Positions 9,861 to 21,480 of a stretch of 64,000 nt of DNA are shown one piece after another. The position numbers and the translations under genes are program-made. Under the pieces are notes generated by a model. The model did no database searches. It was not told where the DNA came from and worked only from the letters and a program-made list of their open reading frames with translations. The stretch lies in assembly GCA_000091205.1 (NCBI GenBank), contig AP006498.2; one strand, written 5' to 3'. The DNA comes from Cyanidioschyzon merolae. Taxonomy: Eukaryota. Within the stretch, counting starts at the first letter, position 1. Every line of letters starts with the position of its first letter.

Positions 9861-10949
9861 TCAGTGCTGAACAACCTGGGGTGAGCCTGTCTGCCATGAG
9901 CGAACGAGCGCCTCGGCGACGCGCGTAGCTGCGAGGCCATCCAGAGGCCCGGGTGCGCCTGCGGGTAGGGTTCCCTTTCGAACTGCTTCAGCGAAGACCT
10001 CCATCTCTCGTTGGAAGGCCTGTTCGAAACGCTCCCTGAAAACGGGTGCAATGCGCTCGGACAGGGCTCCGGCTGGATCTGCAACGCGAATGGCGTCTCC
10101 CGGTCGCTTGAGTTCTCCTAAATACACGGAACCGCGCTCACACACCAGTTCGCTCGTAACATTATATCCGTAGTTAAATGCGCGACAAAAGTGTGCCGAC
10201 ACCAGAGCGCCGCTATCCATCTCGAGCAGGGCCAAGGCGTTGTCTGCGTCGCCCAGCCCCGCCAGCTGCGGATACACGAGCGAACGACAAACGACGTGAA
10301 CCCGGTGGACCTCAGCACCGAGAAGCCAGCGGGCCAAATCGATATCATGCACAGCAAGGTCAAGCAGCATGGAATTGTAGCCAAGATCTCGTTGATATTT
10401 CGCGGGATACTCGGCGTCACCGGAGGTGCACTTGAGCACCGTCGGTTTCCCAAGCGCCCCCGACTGTACCAGTAGTTTTCCTCGCGCGTACGCCGGATCA
10501 AAGCGGCGCATAAACCCGACCATGAAAACTTTCTTTCCAAAGTCGCCGCGCTCAAGTCGAGCGTGCTCCACTTGTGCAAGCGCCTTTTCAACGCTCGCAG
10601 CTGAGAGGCCAAGCGGCTTCTCACAAAATATGTGCTTTCCAGCTTGGGCTGCTCGAACGATTCGTTCAGTATGATCCGCAGGAGCGGTAGCCACTACGAC
10701 GGCATCCACTCTCGGACTGGCTAGAGCATCCTCGTACGACTCGAAGCGCAACGCACACGGTACGTACAGGCGCTCCGCAAGCTCGTGGAGAACCTCGGAG
10801 CGTTTCGAGGCAAGAGCGAGCTCTACTCCGCCAAGTCTCCGCAGAGACTCAGCGTGTATGGTGCCCATCTCACCCAATCCCAGTACAGCTATACAAATAT
10901 TCCGGTCCATTGTACCAAGAACAAAAAGCTGCGCTGCTTTGTAGTACAA
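9861..10949 (-). CDS. Gfo/Idh/MocA-family NAD(P)-dependent oxidoreductase
   Basis: N-terminal Rossmann motif ICIAVLGLGEMGTIHAESL and the family EKP motif (HIFCEKPLGLS). The start is probably the Met of MDRNICIAVLG. Confidence 0.75.
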   Translation of the reverse strand: MYYKAAQLFVLGTMDRNICIAVLGLGEMGTIHAESLRRLGGVELALASKRSEVLHELAERLYVPCALRFESYEDALASPRVDAVVVATAPADHTERIVRAAQAGKHIFCEKPLGLSAASVEKALAQVEHARLERGDFGKKVFMVGFMRRFDPAYARGKLLVQSGALGKPTVLKCTSGDAEYPAKYQRDLGYNSMLLDLAVHDIDLARWLLGAEVHRVHVVCRSLVYPQLAGLGDADNALALLEMDSGALVSAHFCRAFNYGYNVTSELVCERGSVYLGELKRPGDAIRVADPAGALSERIAPVFRERFEQAFQREMEVFAEAVRKGTLPAGAPGPLDGLAATRVAEALVRSWQTGSPQVVQH

Positions 10950-11159
10950 GGCGAAATGCGGTCAAGAAGCCTGGAGACAATTCCGGGTGCGGGCTCTCCG
11001 CGAGCACAAGCCGACGTTCTGGCTCTCTGAATGGACAGGGTCCAGTACGGGATGGTGCCGGCTTCACTAGATGCCGATAACCATGATGCATTCGAGGAGC
11101 TCTGCTTCTAGTCTTCCAGGTAAATTATGCTGGATTCTGCAGGTTCGTATCATCAAAAG

Positions 11160-11676
11160 CTTTTTTACGGTTTATAGTGAATGCATTCGAAGTGCGTTCA
11201 TTCGAAGTGTAAAAAATCCATAGGAAATATATGGACATGGAGGTCGAGGATCCTGGTGGACCCCCATCGCCGTGCTCGACAAAGGAAACAAAAAAAGTCC
11301 TCTTCTCGCTGGCCATGGATCGAAGAAGAGCGCATGACGGAGAAGAACAGGGGGAATAGGCGAGAAAAGGTGTTTGCCGGACGGTACGTTTACAAAACTC
11401 TAGTGGTACAGGGGGCACGAGTTCCAGCTATCCTTGCGTTGATGAGTTCCACCATCGGCGGCAATAGAAGTATGGAGCTCGTGAACCGCGACTTCAAAGC
11501 TGCCATCAATATCAGACGATACGCGTTGCTAAAGACGAGACCCGCGGATCTGACGCGATCCAACTTTGCGGGACAGCCTCGCAGGGCCTAACTTTACAAG
11601 CAGACGCTAACGTCGATAGCATGAGGCCCGTCTAAAAAGGCCGGGTGGCGTCCGCAGGTGGATATTCGTTTACCGA
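11160..11676 (+). mobile_element. F-family internally deleted short copy
   Basis: Conserved 5-prime leader (gcattcgaagtgcgttcattc) and ATGGAGGTCGAGGATCCTGGTGGACCC start. ORF 11181-11591 ends ...ELVNRDFKAAINIRRYALLKTRPADLTRSNFAGQPRRA. The conserved 3-prime terminus ggtggatattcgtttacc is present. Confidence 0.6.
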
Positions 11677-13395
11677 CTTATGTGTATGCTTTGAAACAAC
11701 ATCCCCAGGATGCATGATGGAGATCGATAGCCAGCTGCAGGACCTCAGTTCCCTTTGAAATGCTAAAACATTTCGTTAACTCCATGTTCAACTAGCCGTC
11801 TGGGACAGAGTCTTGATCCGATGAGCCCCTCGTGTATCGAACCTACCATGAGCACCGGCTGTGAAGCTAGATGCTTCGCCAGCGCAATTGTTTCCTCGAG
11901 ACAGAACAGCTCGGCTATACCTTTGCGGGTGTCGGCTCCAGTGCGCTGCTGCTCCCGCTGACGTGATGCGCAGCTACGGAAAAGCGATGTAGAGGCAGCC
12001 CCGATGACCGGGAGCGTTTGCCCATATGCGGAAACCTGGCTCAATGCCATCATCCCGCCCGACACACAAGCGGTATTACGCTTCCTGCTGCGCAGAGCAG
12101 TTCCGATGCAGCCAGCTGCTGGGAGTCTCTCCACGAGCATATTCGAGAACAGTTACGGAAAATTCATGAAAGACGCTCGATGAAGTGGAATATGGCTGTG
12201 AGCATGGCAGCAGTCAAACGCCAGAAGGCAAACGTGCCAGAATCCAACATAGAGAAGCGCGCTCAACAGTCTTTGCGTACAGCCCCGCTCCCATCTCTTG
12301 TCGCTGCTCATGCATGGCGTACGACGGGGTTGCGACGGTGCGCACCGAACTCCATCCAGCATGGTGGAACTGAGCGAGACATTTGGCAGCAGATGCACCT
12401 TCAGTTAGGTAAGCAGAGAAACAGACAGAGCCCGCCATTGACCGCGCTAGAAGATTCAGAAGTAGCTTGAAGAAGCTGCTCCGTCATCCCAGTTGCTTCT
12501 GTTTCCAACACAACAGGTCATACGCTCGCTCAGTGGAATCGCCATGAGGCACCTGTCCGCAGTGATCATTCTCTCCAGCTGCAAAGGACTCGGAGCACGC
12601 CAATTCTGTGCTTTCCCGAGATGGCAGCACAGCGTTCGGGATCACCGTTATCTGGATGACCCAGATCGTACGAGCATTGATGCCAGAGGAGGTCGACGGG
12701 TGGACTGTGCGTTCACTGCAGCCTTCGATCCGTCTGTTGACGTTTAGAAACGGACGTCGTCTGCCCAAGCACTCACGGCGGAGCACCTGCACCGAAGCTA
12801 CGGCACCCAATAAGTTGCATGCTGCCCTTTCCCGCCCGTCCGTCCGCGAATGCACGCTGCCAATGTTTTTCGTTTCAAAGAACGTTTACACTAACCAGTG
12901 ATACCCGACTGCAAGCTCGATATCAGCGATCGGAGAAGCGTTTGTCGTCCCGCCGACCTTCAGGCTCCATGACTTGCACTTCACCTCCGAGATACTGGAC
13001 ATTTATCACGCTGCCGATACGCGCAGTCGAGCAGGTTGCCGCAACGCTGTGTATGTTGACTCGGCGAAGGGGGCGGACGGGCGGCTGTCTCACTCAGAGG
13101 CAGCGCCCCGGACTCTGCATCATAACCTCTTTCTGTGTTCCGAACAACCCGAGACCTGCATACTCCACCAAAGCTCGGTTCTCCCAAATAGAACCACTTT
13201 GCATCCATACACCTAGATCGGGATAGATGTTTCGTCTTGCACTCAATACGCTAGCACCTATGTCAGAATGAATACGAACTGGATTACGAACTCGGGCGTA
13301 CTCTATAAAGCTTAAACCTCTTCCCGTTACCGCCAGCATCAGCCTTTGCGAATTTTTCCTGCAATTGCTTTTTCCTTGCATGTTATCTTCAGCTT

Positions 13396-14030
13396 TCAGT
13401 AGCTACGCTCTCGTGCCCATCTAGCTCCATTGTCAGCGGTCGATGGATGCCCATTGCAACGTGAAACTCCCGATTCCGCCGCTTCTGGTTGTATGCTATT
13501 CATGTCATGGACTGGAAAAAGGTTGCGGTCTACGCTTCGCTTGCTATTTCCATCTTCATCGCAACCAGCTTCGGTGCGTCTTTTGCAGCCGTGATACTTG
13601 GCTGTGGTCAGGTGTTCGCATATATCCACGATTTTTCCTCCTCCGGGAGCTGCTTACTTGCACATGAACGTTTGCTTCATCGCTCGGTTCATGCACTTGA
13701 CGGGTACAGCAGCCTCAACACAAGGCCCTGGTCCTTTTGCGCACCAGTACCCATATCCACTTATCACGAGCTTCTTCTGGGCAAGCCTTTTGGTGAGGTC
13801 CATATCTGCTGCATGCGCAAGGGTACGCTGTTCCATTCGATACAGAATTTGTGGAACGCGATTTTGTTCATGATGAAAAGAAAACCAGAAGGGATATTCA
13901 GACAGGCGAACAAGTCTAGACACTTAGATACGCCCATGCTGCTTTGGAGCAAAGCAGTGACACGCTCTCCGCTGGAAACCATCACCGCGATGATGGAGGT
14001 CCGAGTCCGATACCCTTTTCCATGAACACA
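13396..14030 (-). mobile_element. C-family relic (diverged TnpB-like remnant?)
   Basis: Minus ORF 13654-13923 reads ...ILYRMEQRTLAHAA...VPVKCMNRAMKQTFM, followed by Cys-rich CEHLTTAKYHGCKRRTEAGCDEDG (13396-13629). It is homologous to 22755-23111, 33278-33965, 43500-44110, 48100-48600 and 51335-51945. Confidence 0.45.
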
Positions 14031-14686
14031 GAAACGAAGGCAGCCTCTGGGAATGTATCCCGTGATATGTATCACGCTGCAGTGGAATCATATTTCTTGG
14101 ACGGCGACGATGAGAGGAAGTTTCTCTTTCGAACGGAGTCGATGATTGCACATGAGAAAATCAGGGAACTTTCTGCATGAACTTGTGGAGAAGCCTTCAT
14201 GGGCTGATGTCGAGCTTTTTCCCTCGTCAATCCACCGGCGTGAATCACGGCGCCTGCGAGTCCCTCTGAGGCAAAAACATTGAGATTTTGAAGAATGCAC
14301 GATCCGGCCATGCATCAGGGAAGGAAAAACAATGCGGAGCTCCTTGTACGCATGTCCTGGATAATTATATTGGTTATTTTACGAACCCGGTGTTCGACGG
14401 CATCGCGAATTATCCTGATGAAGATGCCGTGACGAATTCTAGCGCCAACGGGCCGAGGTAGTTTCTCAGAAAACGCGACCACGCATCCTAAACCTACGGA
14501 TGAATCGGCAAGCCCCAAGTGCTGCACTTCGAGTCTCGAACCTGCAGATATAAAAAACAGTTCGGAAAAATCGAAAGACAGGAATAGAACGAAAAAACTG
14601 TGTTCTATTTTAATCTGAAATTGGTGCAGCTCTTTTGAACGCCTGGACGGTCCCGAATACCTGTAGCGTGCCCAAAAGAAGCACTT

Positions 14687-14995
14687 CTACGTCGTCGATG
14701 AAGGTACATAGGCACATCCGAGCTGCTGGGATCCATCCAGTGTCGGGGCTGCTGCCAGAACACAGATCTGGCTACCGTTCAAGAACATTTGAGCGATATG
14801 CTGCTTCTCGATACCCTCCTCACTGTACGTATACTCATCGACATCTTCCAAAAATAAGTTCACATATTCATCAAATCCCCGGAGAATACCACAGAACTCG
14901 CGTGCACCCCGTAGGATGATCCAGACGCGGGTTCCCACAGCTGCGTCCACAAGTTCCAGCGGATAAAGAGACGGCTGGTTCGCGTGTGCCGCCAT
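14687..14995 (-). CDS. LSM5: LSm5-like Sm-fold protein
   Basis: MAAHANQPSLYPLELVDAAVGTRVWIILRGAREFCGILRGFDEYVNLFLEDVDEY...QMFLNGSQICVL matches the Sm1/Sm2 motifs, and LPLELID...GxLxGFDxxxNxVLEDV is LSm5-like. The start was set at an internal Met of ORF 14687-15157. Confidence 0.65.
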   Translation of the reverse strand: MAAHANQPSLYPLELVDAAVGTRVWIILRGAREFCGILRGFDEYVNLFLEDVDEYTYSEEGIEKQHIAQMFLNGSQICVLAAAPTLDGSQQLGCAYVPSSTT

Positions 14996-15838
14996 TCTGA
15001 GCGACAACTCGCCGTTCGGTCCAGGAGCTTCGTGAGACACAAAAGCGATGAGCAACCTCTGAACCAGTAACTTGCCAGGACTCCAGCGGGCCTCGGCTGC
15101 ACAAACGTTGCGGCTGGAGGGTCTTGCGCTGCAGCCGAGAACTGCAACAGTTGACAAACCAATCGATCTTGTCCGGTGGCGAGCTCAGTTCAAGCGTGAA
15201 TTCCCAAAGCCTTCCAGCTTGAGTAAAGAGACGGCTCAAGCGAAAAGCTCCGTATGTGAACGAACGGATATAATGGCCTATTGGTCAGCGCTCCAAGTGT
15301 GTGGAAGCTTTCCCCAGTCTCAGACAGAGACTCTTCCCGAGGCCTCGGGTTGTAGCACTATCCTGGGGAGTTCTCGAGTTTCCCGGACGATTCGTACACC
15401 CAGGCTCTTTCTTAAACTCGAAATAATACCCGGACAACACAAGTTCAAGTCCTGATTGGTGCAACAGCACTCGAACAGCGTCCGCGGTTGGCCTGTTGCC
15501 CCGACGTCCCGAGTGCTGCACTTGCCAAGGAAGGCGCGCTCAGACAACAACGTCGCCGCGCTAGTTGTCGCGCTTTTTACCGACTGCTTTGGCTAAGCTG
15601 CTTGGACGCGGGCGAGGAACCCTCCTGGCTGGATTAGCGTGAGGTTCTTTCAATGGTGCTGCAGCGCACGAGCAAGGGTGGCTAGGTTCCTGGAACCGCA
15701 AGCGAGCTCCAAAGAGTTGTCCGCCGAGCGCAACGTTGGCAACTACGAGCCGTTTCGAGGAGTCCTGCAGCGTTTCTCGAAAACGATCAGGCCAGGGTTC
15801 CACTCGAGACGCCCTCAATTGTCTGACTTGATGCAAGT

Positions 15839-18316
15839 ATGTGGGTGCGGGGTCGTTGGTTGCTTCAACCGCTCCGCTCCAACAGAGCAACCTGCAGTTC
15901 GCTCTCGACGGGGCGCGCACAGTCCAGTCCCCAGGAAGACGGTGCTACAGCGAAAGCAGGTCGTTTCTGGGGCGGTGGTTGGGTTTCTCGGCTCTCGCGA
16001 ACACTCCGAAACACTCTGGCCCTTATCGGACTCTCAACTATCGCGCTCAGTGCTTTGACAGCAGCTCGTGCAGACCAGGCATATCGAGCAGCAGTTGGCG
16101 ACAGACCAGCGTCCGTCATTCTCGAGATCCCCCTTGATCGAATCGTCATCACAGAGGAGGAACCCATCGAGGATCTGGCGGTGTGGCGAAGGTTATGGCG
16201 TCGCCTCTCATCGGGCTCCATGTCGCCACCAGAGCCAGTCTCTCTGTTTCAGGTAACCCGCGCACTCGAGGATGCTGCCCGGGATCCCCGCATCGCTGGT
16301 ATCCTAACCACTTCTGGGAGTAACCAGGGGCGTGCTTTCCGCGCTTACACCAACCCGCTTGGCGTTCTGGAGGAGGTCACAGCGGCCCTGCGGTCATTCG
16401 CGCTAGCCGGGCAGCCGACCGCTTTCTACGCCCCGTCGTTCGAAAATACGGCTATGTACTACTTGGCTGCTGCTCACGAGAAAATCTTCATGCATCCAAC
16501 TGGCATTTGGAATGTCGTTGGATTATCGGCAGGTGGCCTCTTTCTTCGCGATCTCCTCGATGCGAAGGGTGTCCGGATCGATGTCATTCGTTGCGGGGAA
16601 TACAAAACGGCAGCGAACATCTTCACCCAGACCGCCTATACCCCAGAACATCGAGAAGCAGTGCAGGCGCTTTTGGACACGATGTACGTCACGATTGTGC
16701 AGGCGATTGCGGCGAACCGCCGAAAAGAGCCAGCTCGAGTGGAGGCGCTCATCAATACAGCCCCTCTGAGCGCGTCCGAAGCTTTCGAAGCGAACCTGGT
16801 GGATGCACTCGCCTATCCGGATGCAGTTCGATCACAGATGCAAGCGCTAGTGCTTGCTCGAATGCAGGAACGCGCAGCTGAACGCCAGGAGGCCAGGGAG
16901 CTTCTCGAGCAGGCGCTCCTGAACCCACAGGCACTCGAGGACCTCAGCGATAGTGTTGAAAGGTGGCTGCGCACCCGACCCTGGGAAGCGAACCCACCGA
17001 GCGTCGAGAGGGAACCTGCAGCCGAATGGTTCGCGGCCTATGAAGCGGTGCAACGCGCTCGAAGTACTGTTGCAAACTCGGACAGCGAAATACCCGCTGA
17101 GAACGCCACCGTCCTAGTTGAACGCATCCAGGCACTCCTGAAACTAAGCACAGCCCAGGAGACGCGACTTGGCGATGCGGTTCCGGATGCATCAATAGAC
17201 GCGAAACGGCCTGCGTCTCGTTCAGAGGGACACGCTCGCAGAGAAAGCACCGAGAGTTTGCGCTTCTGCCCGGTCACAGACTACATCGCGGAGCGATCCT
17301 TGTTCCGCAGTCGGCTGGAAAGGGCTCAACAGTCTGGTCTCGAATGGCTCAAACGTCGATTCTCGCGGACGGAGCCACTTGGCAACGCTGACCGACGAGC
17401 CAGCATTCCAGTCATTGCGATCGTTCCCGTAACAGGTGTGCTGACCGATGGCAGCGTGCGCTCGCCTTTGAGGGCACTGCGCAAAGCCTCCAAGGATCCA
17501 AAAGTATGCGCAGTAGTGCTACGAGTGGTATCGCCTGGTGGTACGGTAACCGCTTCGGAAAATCTTCGCCAAGCTGTGGAGCAGTGTGCACAGGCGAAAC
17601 CGGTGATCGCCTCCTTCGGCGAAGTCGCTGCCTCAGGGGCTTATTTGGCAGCGCTGGGAGCCAAGCACATCATCGCACCAACGTGTTGTATCACTGGCAG
17701 TATTGGCGTCATACTGCTCAGATTGAATCTGCTCGATGTGGCGAAACGCAATGGCATCCAGTTTGATCACGTCTCGATTGGCAAGAATGCACCCTCCTTT
17801 GCCGCAGTTTCCAGTCTCTTTCAACCGTTAGATGAAGAGCAGCAACAACGGTTACAGAGTCTAGTGCATTGGCAGTACAAACTCTTCTGCGAACGAGTCT
17901 CTCGAGCACGTCGGCTCAGCGAGGAGGCGGCGCAACGCGTTGCCAGGGGTCGCGTCTGGAGCGGCGCTGATGCGCTTCGCAACGGTGTGGTGGACCAGCA
18001 GGGTGGCCTGCAGGACGCCATTCGCTTGGCTCGTCGAGAGGCAGGCCTAGCCGCCTGGGACCCTGCGTCAGTCGATGCGCGTTACGGGCAGTATTCGGGC
18101 TCTGCTGTACAGACGCTTCGGCGTCTGACGAGTCGCGATCGAGATGACACAGAACAGGAACAGCTTGCTGAGCTTGTGTTGCGATCCCCAATGATCACTG
18201 TTCCGAGCGAGGTCCAGAGGTATCTGGGCCAGTGCCTGCAGCTCTTGGGGCATGCGTCGGTGCCAGAACCGATGGCGCTCTGGCTGGAAGGCATTGGATT
18301 CTGGATTCATTCGTGA
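15839..18316 (+). CDS. sppA: signal peptide peptidase SppA (protease IV, two-domain 67K type) with N-terminal targeting/TM region
   Basis: The 825-aa ORF has two ClpP/crotonase-fold halves and S49 signatures (VIRCGEYKTAANIFTQ, PVIASFGEVAASGAYLAALGAKHIIAPTCCITGSIGV). Confidence 0.8.
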   Translation: MWVRGRWLLQPLRSNRATCSSLSTGRAQSSPQEDGATAKAGRFWGGGWVSRLSRTLRNTLALIGLSTIALSALTAARADQAYRAAVGDRPASVILEIPLDRIVITEEEPIEDLAVWRRLWRRLSSGSMSPPEPVSLFQVTRALEDAARDPRIAGILTTSGSNQGRAFRAYTNPLGVLEEVTAALRSFALAGQPTAFYAPSFENTAMYYLAAAHEKIFMHPTGIWNVVGLSAGGLFLRDLLDAKGVRIDVIRCGEYKTAANIFTQTAYTPEHREAVQALLDTMYVTIVQAIAANRRKEPARVEALINTAPLSASEAFEANLVDALAYPDAVRSQMQALVLARMQERAAERQEARELLEQALLNPQALEDLSDSVERWLRTRPWEANPPSVEREPAAEWFAAYEAVQRARSTVANSDSEIPAENATVLVERIQALLKLSTAQETRLGDAVPDASIDAKRPASRSEGHARRESTESLRFCPVTDYIAERSLFRSRLERAQQSGLEWLKRRFSRTEPLGNADRRASIPVIAIVPVTGVLTDGSVRSPLRALRKASKDPKVCAVVLRVVSPGGTVTASENLRQAVEQCAQAKPVIASFGEVAASGAYLAALGAKHIIAPTCCITGSIGVILLRLNLLDVAKRNGIQFDHVSIGKNAPSFAAVSSLFQPLDEEQQQRLQSLVHWQYKLFCERVSRARRLSEEAAQRVARGRVWSGADALRNGVVDQQGGLQDAIRLARREAGLAAWDPASVDARYGQYSGSAVQTLRRLTSRDRDDTEQEQLAELVLRSPMITVPSEVQRYLGQCLQLLGHASVPEPMALWLEGIGFWIHS

Positions 18317-18721
18317 GAGGCTGGTCAGCGGTCGGCGATCATTGCGGGCCTCTCTGGAGCGGCGTCTTGAGGGGCATTTTTTGTTGCTCGACTGCCTCTG
18401 GTATGCGCATCGATACTGGAGGCCATTTCAAAGACGTAAAGCACCCGCGGCTTCGACGTCACGACCGTGAATACGTCTGCAGGGCGCACCGAGCATCACG
18501 GAGCGTAGACAAGAGAACGAGGTTGTTTTGTCGGGCTGTAAGACGCGTGTATCGAACCAGAATTCGGCATATGCGTAGTCGCTGCTGGCATCCGAAGAAA
18601 CGACCGTCAATGCGCTCCTGGGAAGGAGCGGATATATCGCGAGACGGTTTTTCGAAAGACGCAAGAGCAATAATATGCGTATTAGCAGGGTTTCTTTCAT
18701 GCACTCCTACACAGGGAAACG

Positions 18722-18852
18722 TTCCGATCGGCCTGAACGCATCATTGCAATGCGGAACCTGATGATATGCCTCGTAGAACCACTCGGTTATTGCCAAAGA
18801 TCGCCTGAACGCATCACTGCAATGCAAAACTTCAAGATGCGTCCCACGGGAT
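18722..18852 (+). repeat. Tandem duplication of a roughly 64-bp unit containing the palindrome CATTGCAATG
   Basis: Unit 1 (cgatcggcctgaacgcatcattgcaatgcggaacctgatgatatgcctcgtagaaccactcggttattgccaaa) is followed by a diverged unit 2 (gatcgcctgaacgcatcactgcaatgcaaaac...cactcggtcattgctaga). Confidence 0.5.
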
Positions 18853-19368
18853 CACTCGGTCATTGCTAGAGTCGCTTGGCTGCCGTCCATGGCGCCATTG
18901 CAGCTCGAAAGTGCTCCATCTTGATCATCGGTTCAGAAAAGCTACCCATGTACTGTGCTTGCGCTTCGTTGCGGTGCCCGAATACCATATTCACCATCGC
19001 CAGCATAGCGTGTGCATTGATAGAACACCAGAAAAACTCATCTGACAAAGTTCATTGTCGTCACCTCAAAGTCAATCTATGGAATGTCTCGCGCTCCCTG
19101 TGGACTCACGACGTCAGCTCCTTTCAAATGCGACATAAATACCGATTTATGGAGATACCTCCCAAGCTGCGGTGCAGACATCACCACAACCATCTGTGCA
19201 GCTGCATCGCTTCACGTTGCCTTCAAGAAGCCTAACGGAAAATTCGATGCACACATGGAGTTTCCTGTACGGAACCTTTACAGGCATCGCAGCAGGGATC
19301 CGCACTGCTGGATCGATTCGTGCTGCATTTTCAGAGCGTTATGAAATCTGCTGCTTGACAGCGGAATT

Positions 19369-20295
19369 TTAAGCGCCGGGCTTCCATTGCCTACGCACAA
19401 TCACCACCTGCTTTTCTACAAGAAAGAGCGCATCCCTAAACGGCTCGAAACGAAACGCTCCCAGCTTTCGTGAACAACCAGGGCATCGGAGACGACCTCC
19501 TCCTGACTGGACGACTCCGCACGCTGCCCCGGGTACCTCGGTGCTCTGCTGCATCCATGAAATGGCGTATAGCTGAAACGTTCGCGCATCTTCCCGAACA
19601 ACATCCTCCGCGAGACGAAACAGCGGCACACGACACCAACGACAGCAAGCGCAGACAAATCCACAACGTGCCTCCTGTTCCACCGTTTTCCAATCCAAGG
19701 CATACTCTGAAGACCAGGCCCTGCATAAGCCCATATAGGTTAGCCCGTGCGACGCTTTCGCGATGGCGGTGCGACCTCCTTTCCATCTCTGCAGCTGCAG
19801 CACAAAGCCGGGGTTCATGTCGGGCTCGACGCCACTGCGTTTGAGGATGGCCTCGGCTTCAGCAAAGTCGTGCCCGTAACTGTGCATGAGATAGGCGCAT
19901 ACAACCGCTAGACATCGACTCCGGCCAGAGACGCAGTGGCAGAGCACGCCGTGTCGCTCGCGCTGCGCGCTCTGTATCAGGGGAACTGTTTCTCCCAAAA
20001 TAGGCCATAAATCCTGGTCTGGTGTGTCCTTCAAGTCAGGGGCCTCATACCAGAAGCGGCCTGGCGCTTGTCGAGTCCAGTCCTCCAGAGCGCGGACGGC
20101 ATCGCCACATCCAAGCGACACGATAACTTGGACCGGATAGAGTACACCGCGGCGCGCTACCTCCAGCGCCGTCTCTAGCGAACCGATGTAAAGAGCTGGT
20201 GGCACGACCAAAATAGGGGCGTGCGGCTCCCGGAGGTATCCACCAGCTGCTTGACGCGTCGATCCGGCAGTCATGTGGAGCGCCCGCACCGCCAC
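19369..20295 (-). CDS. dual-specificity protein phosphatase
   Basis: Active-site loop VLCHCVSGRSRC matches HCxxGxxR, and the general-acid/PNxGFxxQL region is MNPGFVLQLQRW. Confidence 0.7.
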   Translation of the reverse strand: MAVRALHMTAGSTRQAAGGYLREPHAPILVVPPALYIGSLETALEVARRGVLYPVQVIVSLGCGDAVRALEDWTRQAPGRFWYEAPDLKDTPDQDLWPILGETVPLIQSAQRERHGVLCHCVSGRSRCLAVVCAYLMHSYGHDFAEAEAILKRSGVEPDMNPGFVLQLQRWKGGRTAIAKASHGLTYMGLCRAWSSEYALDWKTVEQEARCGFVCACCRWCRVPLFRLAEDVVREDARTFQLYAISWMQQSTEVPGAACGVVQSGGGRLRCPGCSRKLGAFRFEPFRDALFLVEKQVVIVRRQWKPGA

Positions 20296-20439
20296 ACTTT
20301 AGAAACCGCTCTCCTTGGTCTGCTTGCCGCTCAACCGACGCCAACTGCGCCGTCCACACGCCTAGAGCGCTCTGTGAGAGGTTGCTCGTCTGCGAGATCT
20401 CAAATTTTTATGACTGCAATGTTCAAGACTCGTGGTGCA

Positions 20440-21480
20440 GCCCCCATGGCCCGAACGGAGATCGTGCAGCTCAGTCGTCCATCGTTGCTATAGCCCTTGA
20501 ACTCGATTTCGTTCCGTCCCTGCCGCGTGTCATCGAATGCTTGTTCGCAGTGTATTGCAGGAGATCGAAATCGCTAAGCAATATGCCGCATAGATCTCGG
20601 ACGAATTGAATGTAGTATATATTCTTTCACTGAAGAGTGCAAGGAGGACTGCATTCTTCTTTCAGGTCAGTCGTACCACAGTACTCCGATAACAGAGGAA
20701 CACTGAAACAAAGAACTACATGCGCTCCGCGCCTTACATCGATATTATCAATGTGTGTTTGCAGTCCGTCGAAGAAACGCGACCCGTTGGTCACATTTCG
20801 GAAAGCAAAAGCGACGATGGTAGTCACCACGGGCGTCTGTGTGGCTCAACAGCTTGCTCGTGTGGTCCTGAATGCATTGGGATGCAATCCAGTAAAAGAG
20901 ACCTAGTTCACGCACGGCGTTCTTCCACACAAATCGCAACGAAAAAAAGTTCCTGGAACGTCGCGATCAGTATGAAGTACCCGGCGGTCGGTTTGTTTGT
21001 TCAGTCGGTGACACTTGCTTCGGACGAGAAGGTCGGATCGTGTATGAGTATTCGTGGGGCAGGGCGCCCATTTTATGTACAATCGAACTCGAATAGAACG
21101 AGGAAATCATAATCTGTTCTAGCTTTAGTGTATTCAAGTGGTGGCTCCAATTTCGCTCATAGAGAGGGCTCATATTAGAGCGCTTACGTTGTCGAATCAT
21201 TGAAGACTTTTCCCTGACGCCCGGCGACGCCCTTCAATTGGAAGACATGGTACTTCGCAAGTCCCGTTGCGTTCGAGCTTTTGTCGAATCGATCGAGGAG
21301 TAGAGCTGCTTTTCATTTCTCCGTACGCTCCGTGATTTAACCCCATCGAGGGAGTGTTTCGTATTGTGATACGTAATGACAGCTCCACTGGGTGAATCGC
21401 TGAAGCGTGCAGCACACGGTGACACACCAGGCCACATGTCGTCGTCCTTATGCAAGTCCTTCTCTCTCTAGGAAGGTACT
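20440..21480 (+). pseudogene. D-family: Tc1/mariner-superfamily transposase remnant (degenerate)
   Basis: About 1.0 kb homologous to 61500-62520. At 21200-21360 a frame reads LEDMVLRKSRCVRAFVESIEE*SCFSFLRTLRDLTPSREC. This is the degenerate counterpart of the DNxxxH...PxYxPxLxPxxE catalytic block visible in copy 2. Confidence 0.5.

Noticed and set aside
13489-14025. Plus-strand ORFs of the C family (also 33501-33965, 43622-44110) as a host protein family
   Set aside because: Conservation is equal on both strands, which indicates a dispersed DNA repeat. The minus strand carries the CxxC and RuvC-III-like relics, so the plus-strand ORFs are probably fortuitous.
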